DNA from: Candidatus Omnitrophota bacterium
GTDB lineage: Bacteria > Omnitrophota > Gorgyraeia > 2-02-FULL-51-18
Direction: 5' to 3'
NCBI GenBank assembly: GCA_945877765.1
Contig: CAMDWQ010000002.1
Span: 14,464-78,463, forward strand
Length of the DNA stretch: 64,000 bases
Of this stretch, positions 1 to 9,546 are shown piece after piece; the first letter of the stretch is position 1, and each line of letters starts with the position of its first letter. Under the pieces are notes generated by a model. The model saw only the letters and a program-made list of their open reading frames with translations. It did no database searches and was not told the origin of the DNA. The position numbers were made by a program, and so were the translations under genes.

Positions 1-1311
1 GAAACAAGGATTTATCATCTAAAGTATGCCCGTTTATCCAACTCTCCCATTGATGTGGGGGGGAACGGGACGATTAAGGATCTTGTTTCCTTGCAGAGCG
101 CTTCTATTGAGAGCTCGGGCTCTCGTTCGTCTTCTTCAGGATCTTCGGCCTCATCGACAACCTCCTCAAATTCTAGCTCGGCAACTCCTGCTAATTTGGT
201 GGTTGAGCGCGGAATTGACCGCGTCATCGCAAGTCTCTTGACGCCGGCAGGTAAACTTACCGGTGATATTCAAAGCAACAGCTTGATTATCACGGATGTC
301 CCTTCAAAATTAGATGATATTGAAAAGGTGTTGGCGCAGATTGATCTGCCCACTCCTCAAGTTTTAATTGAAGTCTACTTAATGGAGATCAAAAAAGATA
401 TCCTAACCAATCATGGCGTTGATTGGGGTGGAGAGGATGGAGCGATTGCCTCGTTCACCGGTGGGTCAAGAACCACAGGTTTTCCTTTTACGGAAAGTTT
501 CCTTAACAGTTCAAAGGGTGTAAAGGCGACCACCCAAGGAACATCTACTTTGACGCTGGGAACATTGAGCGCCACAAGTTTTCAGGCGACTTTGCATTTT
601 CTTACGCAGGATATCAGCACAAAAGTATTGGCGCGCCCCCGTGTTCTTACTATGAGCAATGAAGCGGCCAATATCAAGCTCGTGACGAACGCAGCGATCG
701 CTAACCAAACTTCGCTAACAACAGCCGATGGTCAGTCAACTTCCACAGCTAATTCGGCAGAGAGATCTCAGGTCGGCATTACTTTGAAAATGACACCTCA
801 GGTCAATGCCGATGAAACGGTGGGACTATTTTTAGAGCCCTCCATCACCACAGTTGCTGTCTCAAGTTTTTTCCCCACCATATTTTTGGATCCAACTACT
901 CGCGTGGTGCGCACTGTCACACGTGTTAAAAATCATGAGACGCTGGTCATTGGCGGTCTCATGGAAAGAAACGGTAGTAAAGACGGCAAAAGAATACCTT
1001 TTTTAGGAAGCGTCCCTCTGGTTGGAAAGGCTTTCAGCTACGACAATAACTCTGACAGCGATCGCGAGCTTATTATTTTTATTACGCCACACATTGTTCA
1101 TACTTATAATACTTTCTCACAAAAAAATGCAATGTCTCCCATGGGTCAAAAAGATACTTCAATCCAAAAAGTTTTGAGTGAGTTTCGGGATTCAGAGATG
1201 ATTTCTGAGCTCGATGTGGCCGAAGCCCGCGGAATCAAAAATGATCTCAAAGTTAAAGAAAAAAAAATGAGGACGCCGCTTCCTCCTGAAGGCAACAGAG
1301 GTATTCTCTGA
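1..1311 (+). CDS. Secretin (PilQ/GspD family), 5' end outside window
   Basis: Frame is open from base 1. N3 domain NSLIITD..IAQID..PQVLIE and secretin-domain motifs KVLARPRVLTMSNEAANI, VGITLKMTPQV, TLVIGGL, IPFLGSVPLVGKAF, ELIIFITPHIV. Confidence 0.92.
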   Translation, partial: ETRIYHLKYARLSNSPIDVGGNGTIKDLVSLQSASIESSGSRSSSSGSSASSTTSSNSSSATPANLVVERGIDRVIASLLTPAGKLTGDIQSNSLIITDVPSKLDDIEKVLAQIDLPTPQVLIEVYLMEIKKDILTNHGVDWGGEDGAIASFTGGSRTTGFPFTESFLNSSKGVKATTQGTSTLTLGTLSATSFQATLHFLTQDISTKVLARPRVLTMSNEAANIKLVTNAAIANQTSLTTADGQSTSTANSAERSQVGITLKMTPQVNADETVGLFLEPSITTVAVSSFFPTIFLDPTTRVVRTVTRVKNHETLVIGGLMERNGSKDGKRIPFLGSVPLVGKAFSYDNNSDSDRELIIFITPHIVHTYNTFSQKNAMSPMGQKDTSIQKVLSEFRDSEMISELDVAEARGIKNDLKVKEKKMRTPLPPEGNRGIL

Positions 1312-3026
1312 TGGCAGGAAAAAATCCACGCATAGGCGACCTTCTAATTGAAGCTGGGTTGGTTACGGCTTCTCAGGTTGAACAGGCTTTAAAACAACAA
1401 GAGAAGGGTGGGGGGGAACTTCTTGGCGCGACTTTAATTCGGCTTGGATTTGTGGATGAAAAAAATCTTGCCACTGCCCTCAGCAAGCAGCTTAAAATCC
1501 CATTTTTTTCAATGGAAAACTGGCCAGGAATTGCCTCCAACGCCAAGCGATTGACGTATCTCATTCCAGAGGTTTATGCGCGCAAAAATACGGTGCTGGT
1601 GATTGAGCGCAAGGACGGGGTGATGGTAGTCGCTCTGACGGACCCTACCGATGTTGTCTTGTTGGACAACTTGCAAAAAATGACTCGCCTGGAAATAGAA
1701 AGCGTAATTGCGACGCGTACCGATATTATTGCAGCCTTAAATCAAATTTATACCGAGGGGGGAGCGTTAAAATCTGCAGTCGAATCATTTAGGTTGCAGT
1801 CAGGCTTCGAATCCTCGGCTGCGGCAGGTGCTGCAGGCCTTGGGAATGCGGTAGCCGAAATTGATAAAGCGCCGGTGGTGCAGCTGACCAACCTTATTCT
1901 TGACGAAGCGATGCGTTATCGCGCCAGTGATATTCATCTAGAACCTTATGAAAAAGAAACTTCCATTCGTTTTCGTATTGACGGCGTGCTTAAATCAGTC
2001 GCTCCGCCAGACAAAACAATTTTTACGGCACTTGTTTCTCGTTTAAAAATTCTTTCCAATATGGATATCGCTGAAAAGCGTTTGCCTCAAGATGGAAGTT
2101 TTACAGCGACTGTTAGAAATAAGGTCTACGATTTCCGTGTCTCCACCGTGCCAACGATCTACGGGGAAAAAATGGTTTTGCGTATCCTTGACCGCAGCAG
2201 CGCTCGTCTTGAGCTGGGAATACTGGGATTTGAGGCGGATGAATTAGCGCTTTTTCGAGAAGCAATCAATAAGCCTAATGGACTCATTTTAATCACCGGA
2301 CCCACGGGAAGCGGCAAAACCACTACGCTTTACTCAGCCCTAAATGAATTGAAGGGCGAGCAGGTTAATATTACAACCATTGAAGACCCTGTGGAGTATC
2401 AGCTGGAGGGGGTTAATCAGGTCCAAGTGAAGTCAAGTATCGGGTTAACGTTCGCTTCCGCGCTGCGTTCTTTTTTGCGGCAAGATCCTGATATCATTCT
2501 TGTGGGAGAGACACGTGATTTAGAGACGGCACAGATTTGCATCCGCTCATCGCTTACCGGACACCTGGTTTTTAGCACGATTCATACCAACGACGCTATC
2601 TCTAGCGTCACCCGCCTTCAAGATATTGGCATCGAACCTTTTTTGGTCGCCTCCTCCTTAACGCTGATCGTTGCCCAAAGGCTTGTTCGACGACTCTGCG
2701 AGAAATGCAAAATGCCTCACCAGCCGAACTGGGAATCAATTCCCAAGGAAGTCGTTTGGGATAGATCCAAGACCATTTACCAGGCGGTGGGTTGTGAGGA
2801 TTGCGCTAAAACTGGTTATTTAGGTCGAATGGCTATTTATGAAATCGTGCCGGTTTACGAAGATATGCGCGAATTAATTGCAAAAAAAGCACCGATTTCT
2901 GAGCTTCGGGCTCTGGCTTTAAAAAATGGGTGGCCTACGCTTGCCCAAAGCGCTTTCAAAAAAGTTTTTTTAGGAATCACCTCTCTGGATGAGGCTCTGC
3001 GAATGGTTATGATTAGGGAAGGCTAA
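1311..3026 (+). CDS. pilB: Type IV pilus / T2SS assembly ATPase (PilB/GspE) with N-terminal MshEN-like segment
   Basis: RIGDLLIEAGLVT..QVEQAL (MshEN-like), ASDIHLEP, Walker A GPTGSGKTTT, FLRQDPDIILVGE, His box TGHLVFSTIHTN, tetra-Cys CEKC/CEDC. Confidence 0.93.
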   Translation: MAGKNPRIGDLLIEAGLVTASQVEQALKQQEKGGGELLGATLIRLGFVDEKNLATALSKQLKIPFFSMENWPGIASNAKRLTYLIPEVYARKNTVLVIERKDGVMVVALTDPTDVVLLDNLQKMTRLEIESVIATRTDIIAALNQIYTEGGALKSAVESFRLQSGFESSAAAGAAGLGNAVAEIDKAPVVQLTNLILDEAMRYRASDIHLEPYEKETSIRFRIDGVLKSVAPPDKTIFTALVSRLKILSNMDIAEKRLPQDGSFTATVRNKVYDFRVSTVPTIYGEKMVLRILDRSSARLELGILGFEADELALFREAINKPNGLILITGPTGSGKTTTLYSALNELKGEQVNITTIEDPVEYQLEGVNQVQVKSSIGLTFASALRSFLRQDPDIILVGETRDLETAQICIRSSLTGHLVFSTIHTNDAISSVTRLQDIGIEPFLVASSLTLIVAQRLVRRLCEKCKMPHQPNWESIPKEVVWDRSKTIYQAVGCEDCAKTGYLGRMAIYEIVPVYEDMRELIAKKAPISELRALALKNGWPTLAQSAFKKVFLGITSLDEALRMVMIREG

Positions 3027-3034
3027 GCTCACCG

Positions 3035-4246
3035 ATGCCGCGTTTCCGTTATGTAGCCCACACGCTGGCAGGGCTTCGTATTACGGGTGAAGAAGTTGCC
3101 GTTGATGAGAACGCTCTGGTCAGGGCCCTTCAAAGCCGCGATCTGTTCGTCGCGCGATTAGCCATGACCGGTGAAGAGCTTGGGGGCGAGCTTTCCAAAA
3201 GAGCCCATTCAAAAATACGCGATGAGGATCTTCTTCATTTTGCACGAGAATTAGGGACACTGCTGAACTCAGGAATTCCTTTCGATCATGCGCTAGACTT
3301 GGTCACCGACCAAGTGCGAAGCTTTCAACTGGCTAAAGTCTTAATACAGATTCGTGAGGATGTGAACGCAGGCGTCTCTTTTCATCATGCGATCGAAAAG
3401 CATCCCAAAAGTATCCCCTTTTTGTGGGGGCATCTGATTGAAGCGGGGGAGGCTGTAGGTAATATTGCCGGGGTTTTGGGGCATATAGCCAAGCAGCTTG
3501 AGCAGTCAATCGCGCTAAAAAGAAAAATTATATCGGCTCTTTTGTACCCGGCCATCCTGATTGTTGTTACCATCATCGCAATCTCTGTTTTCCTCCTGTT
3601 TGTCATCCCGCAGTTTAGCCGCGTATTTGAGGTTTTGCACACGAAGCTGCCTTTGATGACGCGCGTCATTTTTTCGATTAGTGCATTCGCGAAGACCTTT
3701 TTTATCCCGAGTTTTGTTGTCATTTTTTTGGCCGCTTATATTTTAAAAAAAAGCACCGAGACCCCGACCGGCCGGCGCACGCTGGATCTATGGCTAGTGA
3801 AGGCGCCCATCATTAGCGAGCTCGTTCGAGACGTTGTGATGGCGCGTATTTGTATTAATCTAGCAGCCGTATTATCCAGTGGTGTCGGGCTGATTTATGG
3901 GCTTGATGTAGTTTCGCGGACATCCGGAAATAAGATTTATGAAGAGATGTTGGAAGGCGTGATGGAGGATGTGCGGGACGGCAGCTCCATGTCGCAGGCA
4001 TTAAGTAAGCGGGCTGTTTTTTCTCCGCTGATGATCCAGATGGTGATCGTGGGAGAAGAAAGTGGGCAATTGCCGGAAATGATTCAGAAAGTAGCTAATT
4101 ATTATGAAGAGAAGGTGGAAACTTTGGTGGCGCGAGTCAGCACTTTATTCGAACCGGTGATGTTGATTTTTTTGGGAGTTGTCGTCGGGTCGATTGTAGT
4201 GGCGCTCATGTTGCCGATTGTCACGATTTCATCGTCTCTTCATTGA
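3035..4246 (+). CDS. pilC: Inner-membrane platform protein (PilC/GspF)
   Basis: Two T2SSF repeats (FARELGTLLNSGIP, AGEAVG, ALLYP; VGEESGQL, LFEP) and three TM segments. Confidence 0.92.
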   Translation: MPRFRYVAHTLAGLRITGEEVAVDENALVRALQSRDLFVARLAMTGEELGGELSKRAHSKIRDEDLLHFARELGTLLNSGIPFDHALDLVTDQVRSFQLAKVLIQIREDVNAGVSFHHAIEKHPKSIPFLWGHLIEAGEAVGNIAGVLGHIAKQLEQSIALKRKIISALLYPAILIVVTIIAISVFLLFVIPQFSRVFEVLHTKLPLMTRVIFSISAFAKTFFIPSFVVIFLAAYILKKSTETPTGRRTLDLWLVKAPIISELVRDVVMARICINLAAVLSSGVGLIYGLDVVSRTSGNKIYEEMLEGVMEDVRDGSSMSQALSKRAVFSPLMIQMVIVGEESGQLPEMIQKVANYYEEKVETLVARVSTLFEPVMLIFLGVVVGSIVVALMLPIVTISSSLH

Positions 4247-4256
4247 TAAATAGTAG

Positions 4257-4284
4257 TTGAAATGTGCTAGGTATGGTGTAGACT
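4257..4284 (+). promoter_or_regulatory. Possible sigma70 promoter for the major pilin
   Basis: TTGAAA-16 nt-TAGACT in the AT-rich pilC-pilin gap; AGGGG Shine-Dalgarno before ATG 4356. Confidence 0.35.
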
Positions 4285-4355
4285 TACATTAGGAAAGCTA
4301 GTTTTAGTTAAAATATTTTAACAGAACGAAAAGAAGGATAAATAGGGGATTTGAA

Positions 4356-4802
4356 ATGATAAAATTAATAAAAAATAAAAAAGGTTTTACTCTTCTAGAG
4401 CTTTTGATTGTGCTTGTCGTGATGGGTGTTATTGCAGGGTTGATGTTTCCTGTATTGGCGGCTCAGGTTGAAAGAGGGCGTGCTCAGGAAGCGGTGACGG
4501 CACTTGGGACGGCCAAGCAGATGATGGTTGTCTACCATCAAACAACGGGAGGGAATTCCTATGCCAACGCCGGTTTTAATCCTGCGGTTCCTGGGTTCAT
4601 GGGGTACGACCCTAACGCTGCAGCTGCGGGACAAGTACCTGTTTTTATTTACACGGTGGTCTCTGCCGGCGATACATTTACCATCACCGCGACTCGTCAG
4701 GCTACGGTCTTAGCGCCTTTGCCGGCGAATTTTAACCCAGTAAATAACACCATTACTATTAATGAGCAAGGGCAGGTTGTTCGAAACGGCATTTACGCAT
4801 AA
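4356..4802 (+). CDS. Type IV pilin, probable major pilin
   Basis: Class III signal KKG|FTLLELLIVLVVMGVIAG with E5; has its own upstream intergenic region and RBS. Confidence 0.9.
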   Translation: MIKLIKNKKGFTLLELLIVLVVMGVIAGLMFPVLAAQVERGRAQEAVTALGTAKQMMVVYHQTTGGNSYANAGFNPAVPGFMGYDPNAAAAGQVPVFIYTVVSAGDTFTITATRQATVLAPLPANFNPVNNTITINEQGQVVRNGIYA

Positions 4803-4823
4803 TCAGGGCTGAAAGAATGTGGC

Positions 4824-5237
4824 ATGCGTACTTGTAGACAGCTTCAAAATTGCCGAGGTATAGGTCTGGCTGAAATTTTAATTGTCCTGTCGGTTATGTG
4901 TGTGGTGGCAGGACTAACAATACCTGTCTATATCGCAAGGACAGAGAGGCATCGATCGGAGGAAGCGATTCAGCACCTGGCAGCTGTGAAGGATGCTTTG
5001 TTGCAGTACCGATCCCTTAACGGCACCTACGCAGGGGCATCCTTTAATAATATTCGCTACGACCCAAATGTAGGCGAAGCCGGGCAGGACGCTCTTTTTT
5101 CTTACAACCTCGATATTCTTACGACTAATGAGTATACGGTTACCGCTCAACGATTACCATTAGATGCTAATAACGGGAATACGATTAGCCTAGATCAAGC
5201 CGGAACGCTAACGAGGCGGGGAGTTTATGATGGGTAG
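4824..5237 (+). CDS. Type IV pilin-like protein, paralogue of the upstream pilin
   Basis: RG|IGLAEILIVL with E5; shares YDPN..GQ..F.Y and TI...G...R.G.Y segments with 4356..4802. Confidence 0.85.
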   Translation: MRTCRQLQNCRGIGLAEILIVLSVMCVVAGLTIPVYIARTERHRSEEAIQHLAAVKDALLQYRSLNGTYAGASFNNIRYDPNVGEAGQDALFSYNLDILTTNEYTVTAQRLPLDANNGNTISLDQAGTLTRRGVYDG

Positions 5238-5655
5238 ATTGACACGCCGGCCAACGGGGGGCAGATCGCAAGGGTTTACACTGCTGGAAATATTGATTAC
5301 CCTAATGATTTTGGGGGTACTTGCGGGACTTGCGATACCGATTTATTCCCGGCGAGTTGAAGAGAGCCGCGCCAACGAAGCCACTGTCAATCTCAACGCT
5401 ATCTACATGGGCCAAAAAATATACGCGCTCAATAATAGCGGAGATTACTGGAATGGCGGGGTGGGTCCTGCCGTTGCGGATATCAACACCACTCTAAATA
5501 TTGACATCAATCCGCAATTTTATGACATTGCTTCTATCAGTGCCGCTAACGGGGCAAACCCCAAAACATTTGTCGCCGTTGCAACTCGAAATAATACTTC
5601 GGGCGGGGATGGGGTTACTAGTTATAGGATCAATGACGCTGGTGTGGTGAGTTAG
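5227..5655 (+). CDS. Minor pilin (PilE-like)
   Basis: SQG|FTLLEILITLMILGVLAGLAIPIY; FVAVATR and INDAG C-terminal motifs typical of PilE. Confidence 0.87.
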   Translation: MMGRLTRRPTGGRSQGFTLLEILITLMILGVLAGLAIPIYSRRVEESRANEATVNLNAIYMGQKIYALNNSGDYWNGGVGPAVADINTTLNIDINPQFYDIASISAANGANPKTFVAVATRNNTSGGDGVTSYRINDAGVVS

Positions 5656-6047
5656 TGTTGACTAGAAATTGTCGCCCGGTCAATGTCACGAAAAATCAAA
5701 ATGGTTTTTCGTTGGTTGAGGTGGTTGTGGCGTTAATTGTTCTTGCCGTGCTTTCTGTGGGTTTGCTTCGAGGTGCAATTTCAGCGCACCGCTCGGTTCC
5801 TGCTCAATTGGATCGCAGCGGCGCTCAAAACCTCGGGCGTGCGATTATTGAGTCTCTTTATGAGGCTGTGCGTCAGGACTGGTGGAATTTAACCGACCGT
5901 CCGCTAAGCGTAGGCACTCCCTTGGGCGCCCCCCGCGCAACGACCGTTGCTGGCAGGACTTACACCTCTGAATATTCGGTCGCCGCTGTCAACTTGGCTG
6001 GAGATCCCGGTCAGGATTATCGCAAGATCGAAGTCACTGTTCGATGA
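5655..6047 (+). CDS. Minor pilin (PilV/GspI-like)
   Basis: QNG|FSLVEVVVALIVLAV; ends RKIEVTV as in GspI/PilV. Confidence 0.82.
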   Translation: MLTRNCRPVNVTKNQNGFSLVEVVVALIVLAVLSVGLLRGAISAHRSVPAQLDRSGAQNLGRAIIESLYEAVRQDWWNLTDRPLSVGTPLGAPRATTVAGRTYTSEYSVAAVNLAGDPGQDYRKIEVTVR

Positions 6048-6610
6048 AAATCAGGGGTACTTCAGGGCACACATTGCTTGAAATTGTAATTGCCAGTGTT
6101 TTGATCGGCATGATTTTTGTGATGATCACCACTTTGTACGCTACTTCCTTGAAATTCTTAAGAGGTGACATGGCCTCAAATGACCTTGATACCTTGTTAG
6201 CTCTTGAGACGATGGCGCGTAACGCTTCGACGTCGACGGACGCCGTCGTGGACATGGGTGGATCACAACTTAAGCTTCGAATCGATACGAATAACCCCTC
6301 CACAGCAACAGCTTTGGATGACCAATGGGTGAGTTATCGCTTTTTAAGGAACGGCGCCGCTTTTGAGCTTAGAAATCGCACGGTGCTGCCTCCCGCAGCT
6401 GCGCCTGCTAATGTGACGGTAGCGGATAGAGAAGTGGTAAGCGGGTTGCCGGTGCTTGGTGGTGCAGGCCAGTCGGGTTTTCAACTTTTAAATCCATCTA
6501 CACCAGAGGGGGCCCCAACGGTTGTACAGATTATGCTGGTAGTTTCGGGCACTGCCAATTCGCAACCGCGCACTTTTTTGACTAGCGTGGCTTTAGAGAG
6601 AGCTAAATGA
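6044..6610 (+). CDS. Minor pilin (PilW/GspJ-like)
   Basis: TSG|HTLLEIVIASVLIG with E5; coupled ATGA overlap with the upstream gene. Confidence 0.78.
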   Translation: MKIRGTSGHTLLEIVIASVLIGMIFVMITTLYATSLKFLRGDMASNDLDTLLALETMARNASTSTDAVVDMGGSQLKLRIDTNNPSTATALDDQWVSYRFLRNGAAFELRNRTVLPPAAAPANVTVADREVVSGLPVLGGAGQSGFQLLNPSTPEGAPTVVQIMLVVSGTANSQPRTFLTSVALERAK

Positions 6611-7026
6611 GGTGCGGTAGGGGCAGATTTCTTAAAAATAAAAAAGGGGCCGTTTTATTTGTGGTGCTTCTATTTAGTCTTTTGATCGCCTCTATCATGG
6701 CTTATATTGCGCATATGGTTTATCAGCGTACACGATTGCTGGATGCGGTGGGTGTCAAACGGACGAGAAATTATTACCGCGCTCAGGCCGGTCTTGTGGA
6801 TGCCTATTGGCGGCTGAGGACGAATCACGCACCGCCTGGATTGCCTGGAAATTTTAATGATGCCAACTTTTCAGTGCAGTATTATATGAGCATTGATTCC
6901 GGCACTATAACGCCGGCACGGGAGGCAGATTCAACCGTCATGGTAACGATAGGGACAAGAAATGACAATATTGCCAGTGCGGATTACCATTTGCGGCCGG
7001 TTTCTGCCACGGGTTTGGACACGTAA
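6607..7026 (+). CDS. Minor pilin (PilX/GspK-like)
   Basis: KKG|AVLFVVLLF lacking E5; YYRAQAGL matches the PilX N-terminal pattern. Confidence 0.78.
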   Translation: MRCGRGRFLKNKKGAVLFVVLLFSLLIASIMAYIAHMVYQRTRLLDAVGVKRTRNYYRAQAGLVDAYWRLRTNHAPPGLPGNFNDANFSVQYYMSIDSGTITPAREADSTVMVTIGTRNDNIASADYHLRPVSATGLDT

Positions 7027-7053
7027 AATGAATGAGCAGAGAAAGGTGGAGAC

Positions 7054-7539
7054 GTGAAAAATAAACAGTGTTTTGGGACGATGATGGTTTTTTTGTTGTG
7101 GGCTCTGTTGCCCACGGCTCTCGCCGCAGAAGATTCTGCCGTCCCGCAGGCGATGAAAAAAATGCAAGAAAACCAGGCAAGGTTTTTACGTGAAGCGGAC
7201 GAGCAGGAAGAAAAGATGATGGAGGCGATGAAGGCGATAAACCCCGAAGCTTACAAGCAGCGTAAAGCTGCGATTGAAAATCAAAAAAAAATCAATAGCA
7301 TTGCCAGTTTATTTTATGCAAAAAAGATGTCCGAGTCGGAGGCGCGGTCACGATTAACACCTCTTCTAGGAGACCGGATTCGTCAAGAGGCAGCCGGGGT
7401 TGACTCAGAAATTCACCGTCTAGAAAAAAAATTGGAATCTCTTAAGCAGGTGAAGGGAAATAGCTCTGCTTTGCTTAAGCGGCGGATCGACCAGATTCTT
7501 GGTCTGGTAAAAATTAACCCGGAAGACGCAATCTTTTAA
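7054..7539 (+). CDS. Exported helical hypothetical protein
   Basis: Signal peptide ending ALA|AED, charged helical body, GGAG RBS. Confidence 0.7.
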   Translation: MKNKQCFGTMMVFLLWALLPTALAAEDSAVPQAMKKMQENQARFLREADEQEEKMMEAMKAINPEAYKQRKAAIENQKKINSIASLFYAKKMSESEARSRLTPLLGDRIRQEAAGVDSEIHRLEKKLESLKQVKGNSSALLKRRIDQILGLVKINPEDAIF

Positions 7540-7548
7540 AGGACACCT

Positions 7549-8649
7549 ATGATGCTGCAAAAAAAAACACGAAATATCGGATTAATTCTTATTTTGATGA
7601 CGGTTCCTCTCTTTGCATTGCGCGCGGCTAGTGCCGAGGATGTTAAGATAAGCACGTATTATCCAGCACCTTATGGAAGCTATGACGAGCTTACCAGTGA
7701 GAGTAAGACGTTGCTTGCGACCAACCCGATCACGGGGGTCGCGGGGGATGCGAACGCCAAAGTGGGCATCGGAACTACTGTGCCCGCCTACAAGTTGGAC
7801 GTGGCGGGAACCGCTGGTTTGGGACAGACCTATCTCAAAGAATCAACCCTTCTTTTTAGTGATCCAAACCATGCTTTTACAGCCATTGGAAACACAGACG
7901 GTTATGCGGCGATTGAAAATGATGTCAATCGCGACACGCTTATGATTATGGGGCGCAGTGGAGGAATTGGCGGTGTGCGCTCCGTTAGTATTTATGACCG
8001 GTTAGATGTGAACGGCTTTCTGCGCGTATTCAATGGAGCTTTTTTAACTATCAATGACCCGCTTGAAGCGGCTGTGCAAGGTGTAAATAATGGCACTGGA
8101 TCATTAGGATCGCTAGGCGTCGGCGTCTACGGTGTATATGGTATTACGCATTCCAATAGTTTCGCAGGTTATTTTAGAGGGGATTCTTATGGAGTGCTCG
8201 GTGGAAGCGAGCTGGCAGAGGGTTATGCAGGCTTATTCTATAACTACGCATCCAACTACTTCTCAATTTTAGGCTATCAAAATTATGGCTTATATTCCAA
8301 TGGAGTTGTCTCAGCTCTTAACGTAGCACCTTCTGACAGCAGAAAAAAAACTGATATCGCGACCATTCCAAACGCTCTTGATAAAGTCTCTGCTCTTCGC
8401 GGAGTTAATTTCAAATGGAAAGAGGAGAAGCCTCTGGCGGGCCAGCAGATGGGGCTGATCGCGCAGGAAGTGGAAACCGTTTTCCCGGAGCTGGTCACAG
8501 ACGATCCAACCGGGTACAAGGCGCTTAATTATACTGGGCTGTCGGGCGCGCTCGTGGAAGCGATTAAGGAGCTTAAGTTAAAAAATGAAGCTCTTGAAAA
8601 GGAAACACAACTGCTTAAAGAGCGCATAGAAAAGTTAGAAAATAAATAG
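7549..8649 (+). CDS. Exported phage tail-fibre-like protein with C-terminal peptidase S74 intramolecular chaperone
   Basis: Sec signal (..AASA|ED), fibre repeat VGIGTTVPAYKLDVAG, Gly/Tyr-rich beta region, then SDSRKKTDI..ALDKV..LRGVNFKWK..MGLIAQEVETVFPELV..LNY..LVEAIKEL and a terminal coiled coil. Confidence 0.88.
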   Translation: MMLQKKTRNIGLILILMTVPLFALRAASAEDVKISTYYPAPYGSYDELTSESKTLLATNPITGVAGDANAKVGIGTTVPAYKLDVAGTAGLGQTYLKESTLLFSDPNHAFTAIGNTDGYAAIENDVNRDTLMIMGRSGGIGGVRSVSIYDRLDVNGFLRVFNGAFLTINDPLEAAVQGVNNGTGSLGSLGVGVYGVYGITHSNSFAGYFRGDSYGVLGGSELAEGYAGLFYNYASNYFSILGYQNYGLYSNGVVSALNVAPSDSRKKTDIATIPNALDKVSALRGVNFKWKEEKPLAGQQMGLIAQEVETVFPELVTDDPTGYKALNYTGLSGALVEAIKELKLKNEALEKETQLLKERIEKLENK

Positions 8650-8703
8650 AATAATCAAGAAACCAATTGAGATGTCTACTTTATTAGTATATACTCATTT
8701 CTC

Positions 8704-9522
8704 ATGAGTCTATCTAAACCCAAGAATACTCAAATCGTAATAATCTTCGTCGCAGTCCTTTTGGCTGGCTCAACCGTGTTTTTTTATCAAACTAGCGCAT
8801 CCGAGCGCCAAAATCGCATTCAAAAAGAGCAACAGCTGTCTCAAAAGCAAGTAGAATTGGATAACACAGAAGCACAGATTGCGGAACTCAACAAAGCCAT
8901 GGAAGATCTAAAAGAGACATCAAACAAGACCGTTGAAACTCTCCAGAGCAAAGAAGAGGCGCTAAAAGACTTTGAGGGGCAGTTGAGCAGAATGAAAAAA
9001 GAGGTTGAAAGCTTAAGCCGGGACAAAGAGCAGGCTGTTAACGACAGCTTTAAGAAAGACGAAGTAATTGCTGAGTTTACCGAACGCTTAGCTGTGCTTC
9101 AACGCGAGAAAAAGATCCTTTTGGGTAAACAAGAAGAGCTTACCAAGGAATTGAATGATCTCAAAAATCAAACGTGGCAAGGAAGCTCTTCGTCAGCTGC
9201 CGATGAGCCCTATTCGGTGGTTTCTAGCAATGATTCGGGAGAAGGAATTGATACCGTTAGCTTAGGTAAAATTGTTGTGTCTAAAAAAACGAGTAGCGCT
9301 GCGCGCGTTCAGCAGGTCAATCCGGTCTATGATTTTATTGTTATTGATGCGGGGAAGAATGAAGGAATGAAGGATGGTGCCATTGTCAATATTGTTCGGA
9401 ATAATACCTTGATTGGAAAAGCAGTCATTCGTCACACGCGCCCAGATGTATCTGCCGCAACACTTCTACCTGAATGGAAAAAATTGCCAGTTCAAAAGGG
9501 CGACCTAGTCACTAAGCTCTAA
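8704..9522 (+). CDS. Membrane-anchored coiled-coil protein with C-terminal beta domain
   Basis: N-terminal TM, long E/K/Q heptad region, C-terminal VNPVYDFIVIDAG..G.KDG segment (FlgT-C-like). Confidence 0.7.
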   Translation: MSLSKPKNTQIVIIFVAVLLAGSTVFFYQTSASERQNRIQKEQQLSQKQVELDNTEAQIAELNKAMEDLKETSNKTVETLQSKEEALKDFEGQLSRMKKEVESLSRDKEQAVNDSFKKDEVIAEFTERLAVLQREKKILLGKQEELTKELNDLKNQTWQGSSSSAADEPYSVVSSNDSGEGIDTVSLGKIVVSKKTSSAARVQQVNPVYDFIVIDAGKNEGMKDGAIVNIVRNNTLIGKAVIRHTRPDVSAATLLPEWKKLPVQKGDLVTKL

Positions 9523-9546
9523 ATCAAATCTATTTTTTAAAAAAAA

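Noticed and set aside
100-190. Ser-rich low-complexity tract in the secretin
   Set aside because: Such linkers are common in the secretin N3 domain; it is not a DNA repeat.
7549-8649. Prophage remnant
   Set aside because: The protein has a signal peptide, lies in a pilus operon, and no other phage genes are present.
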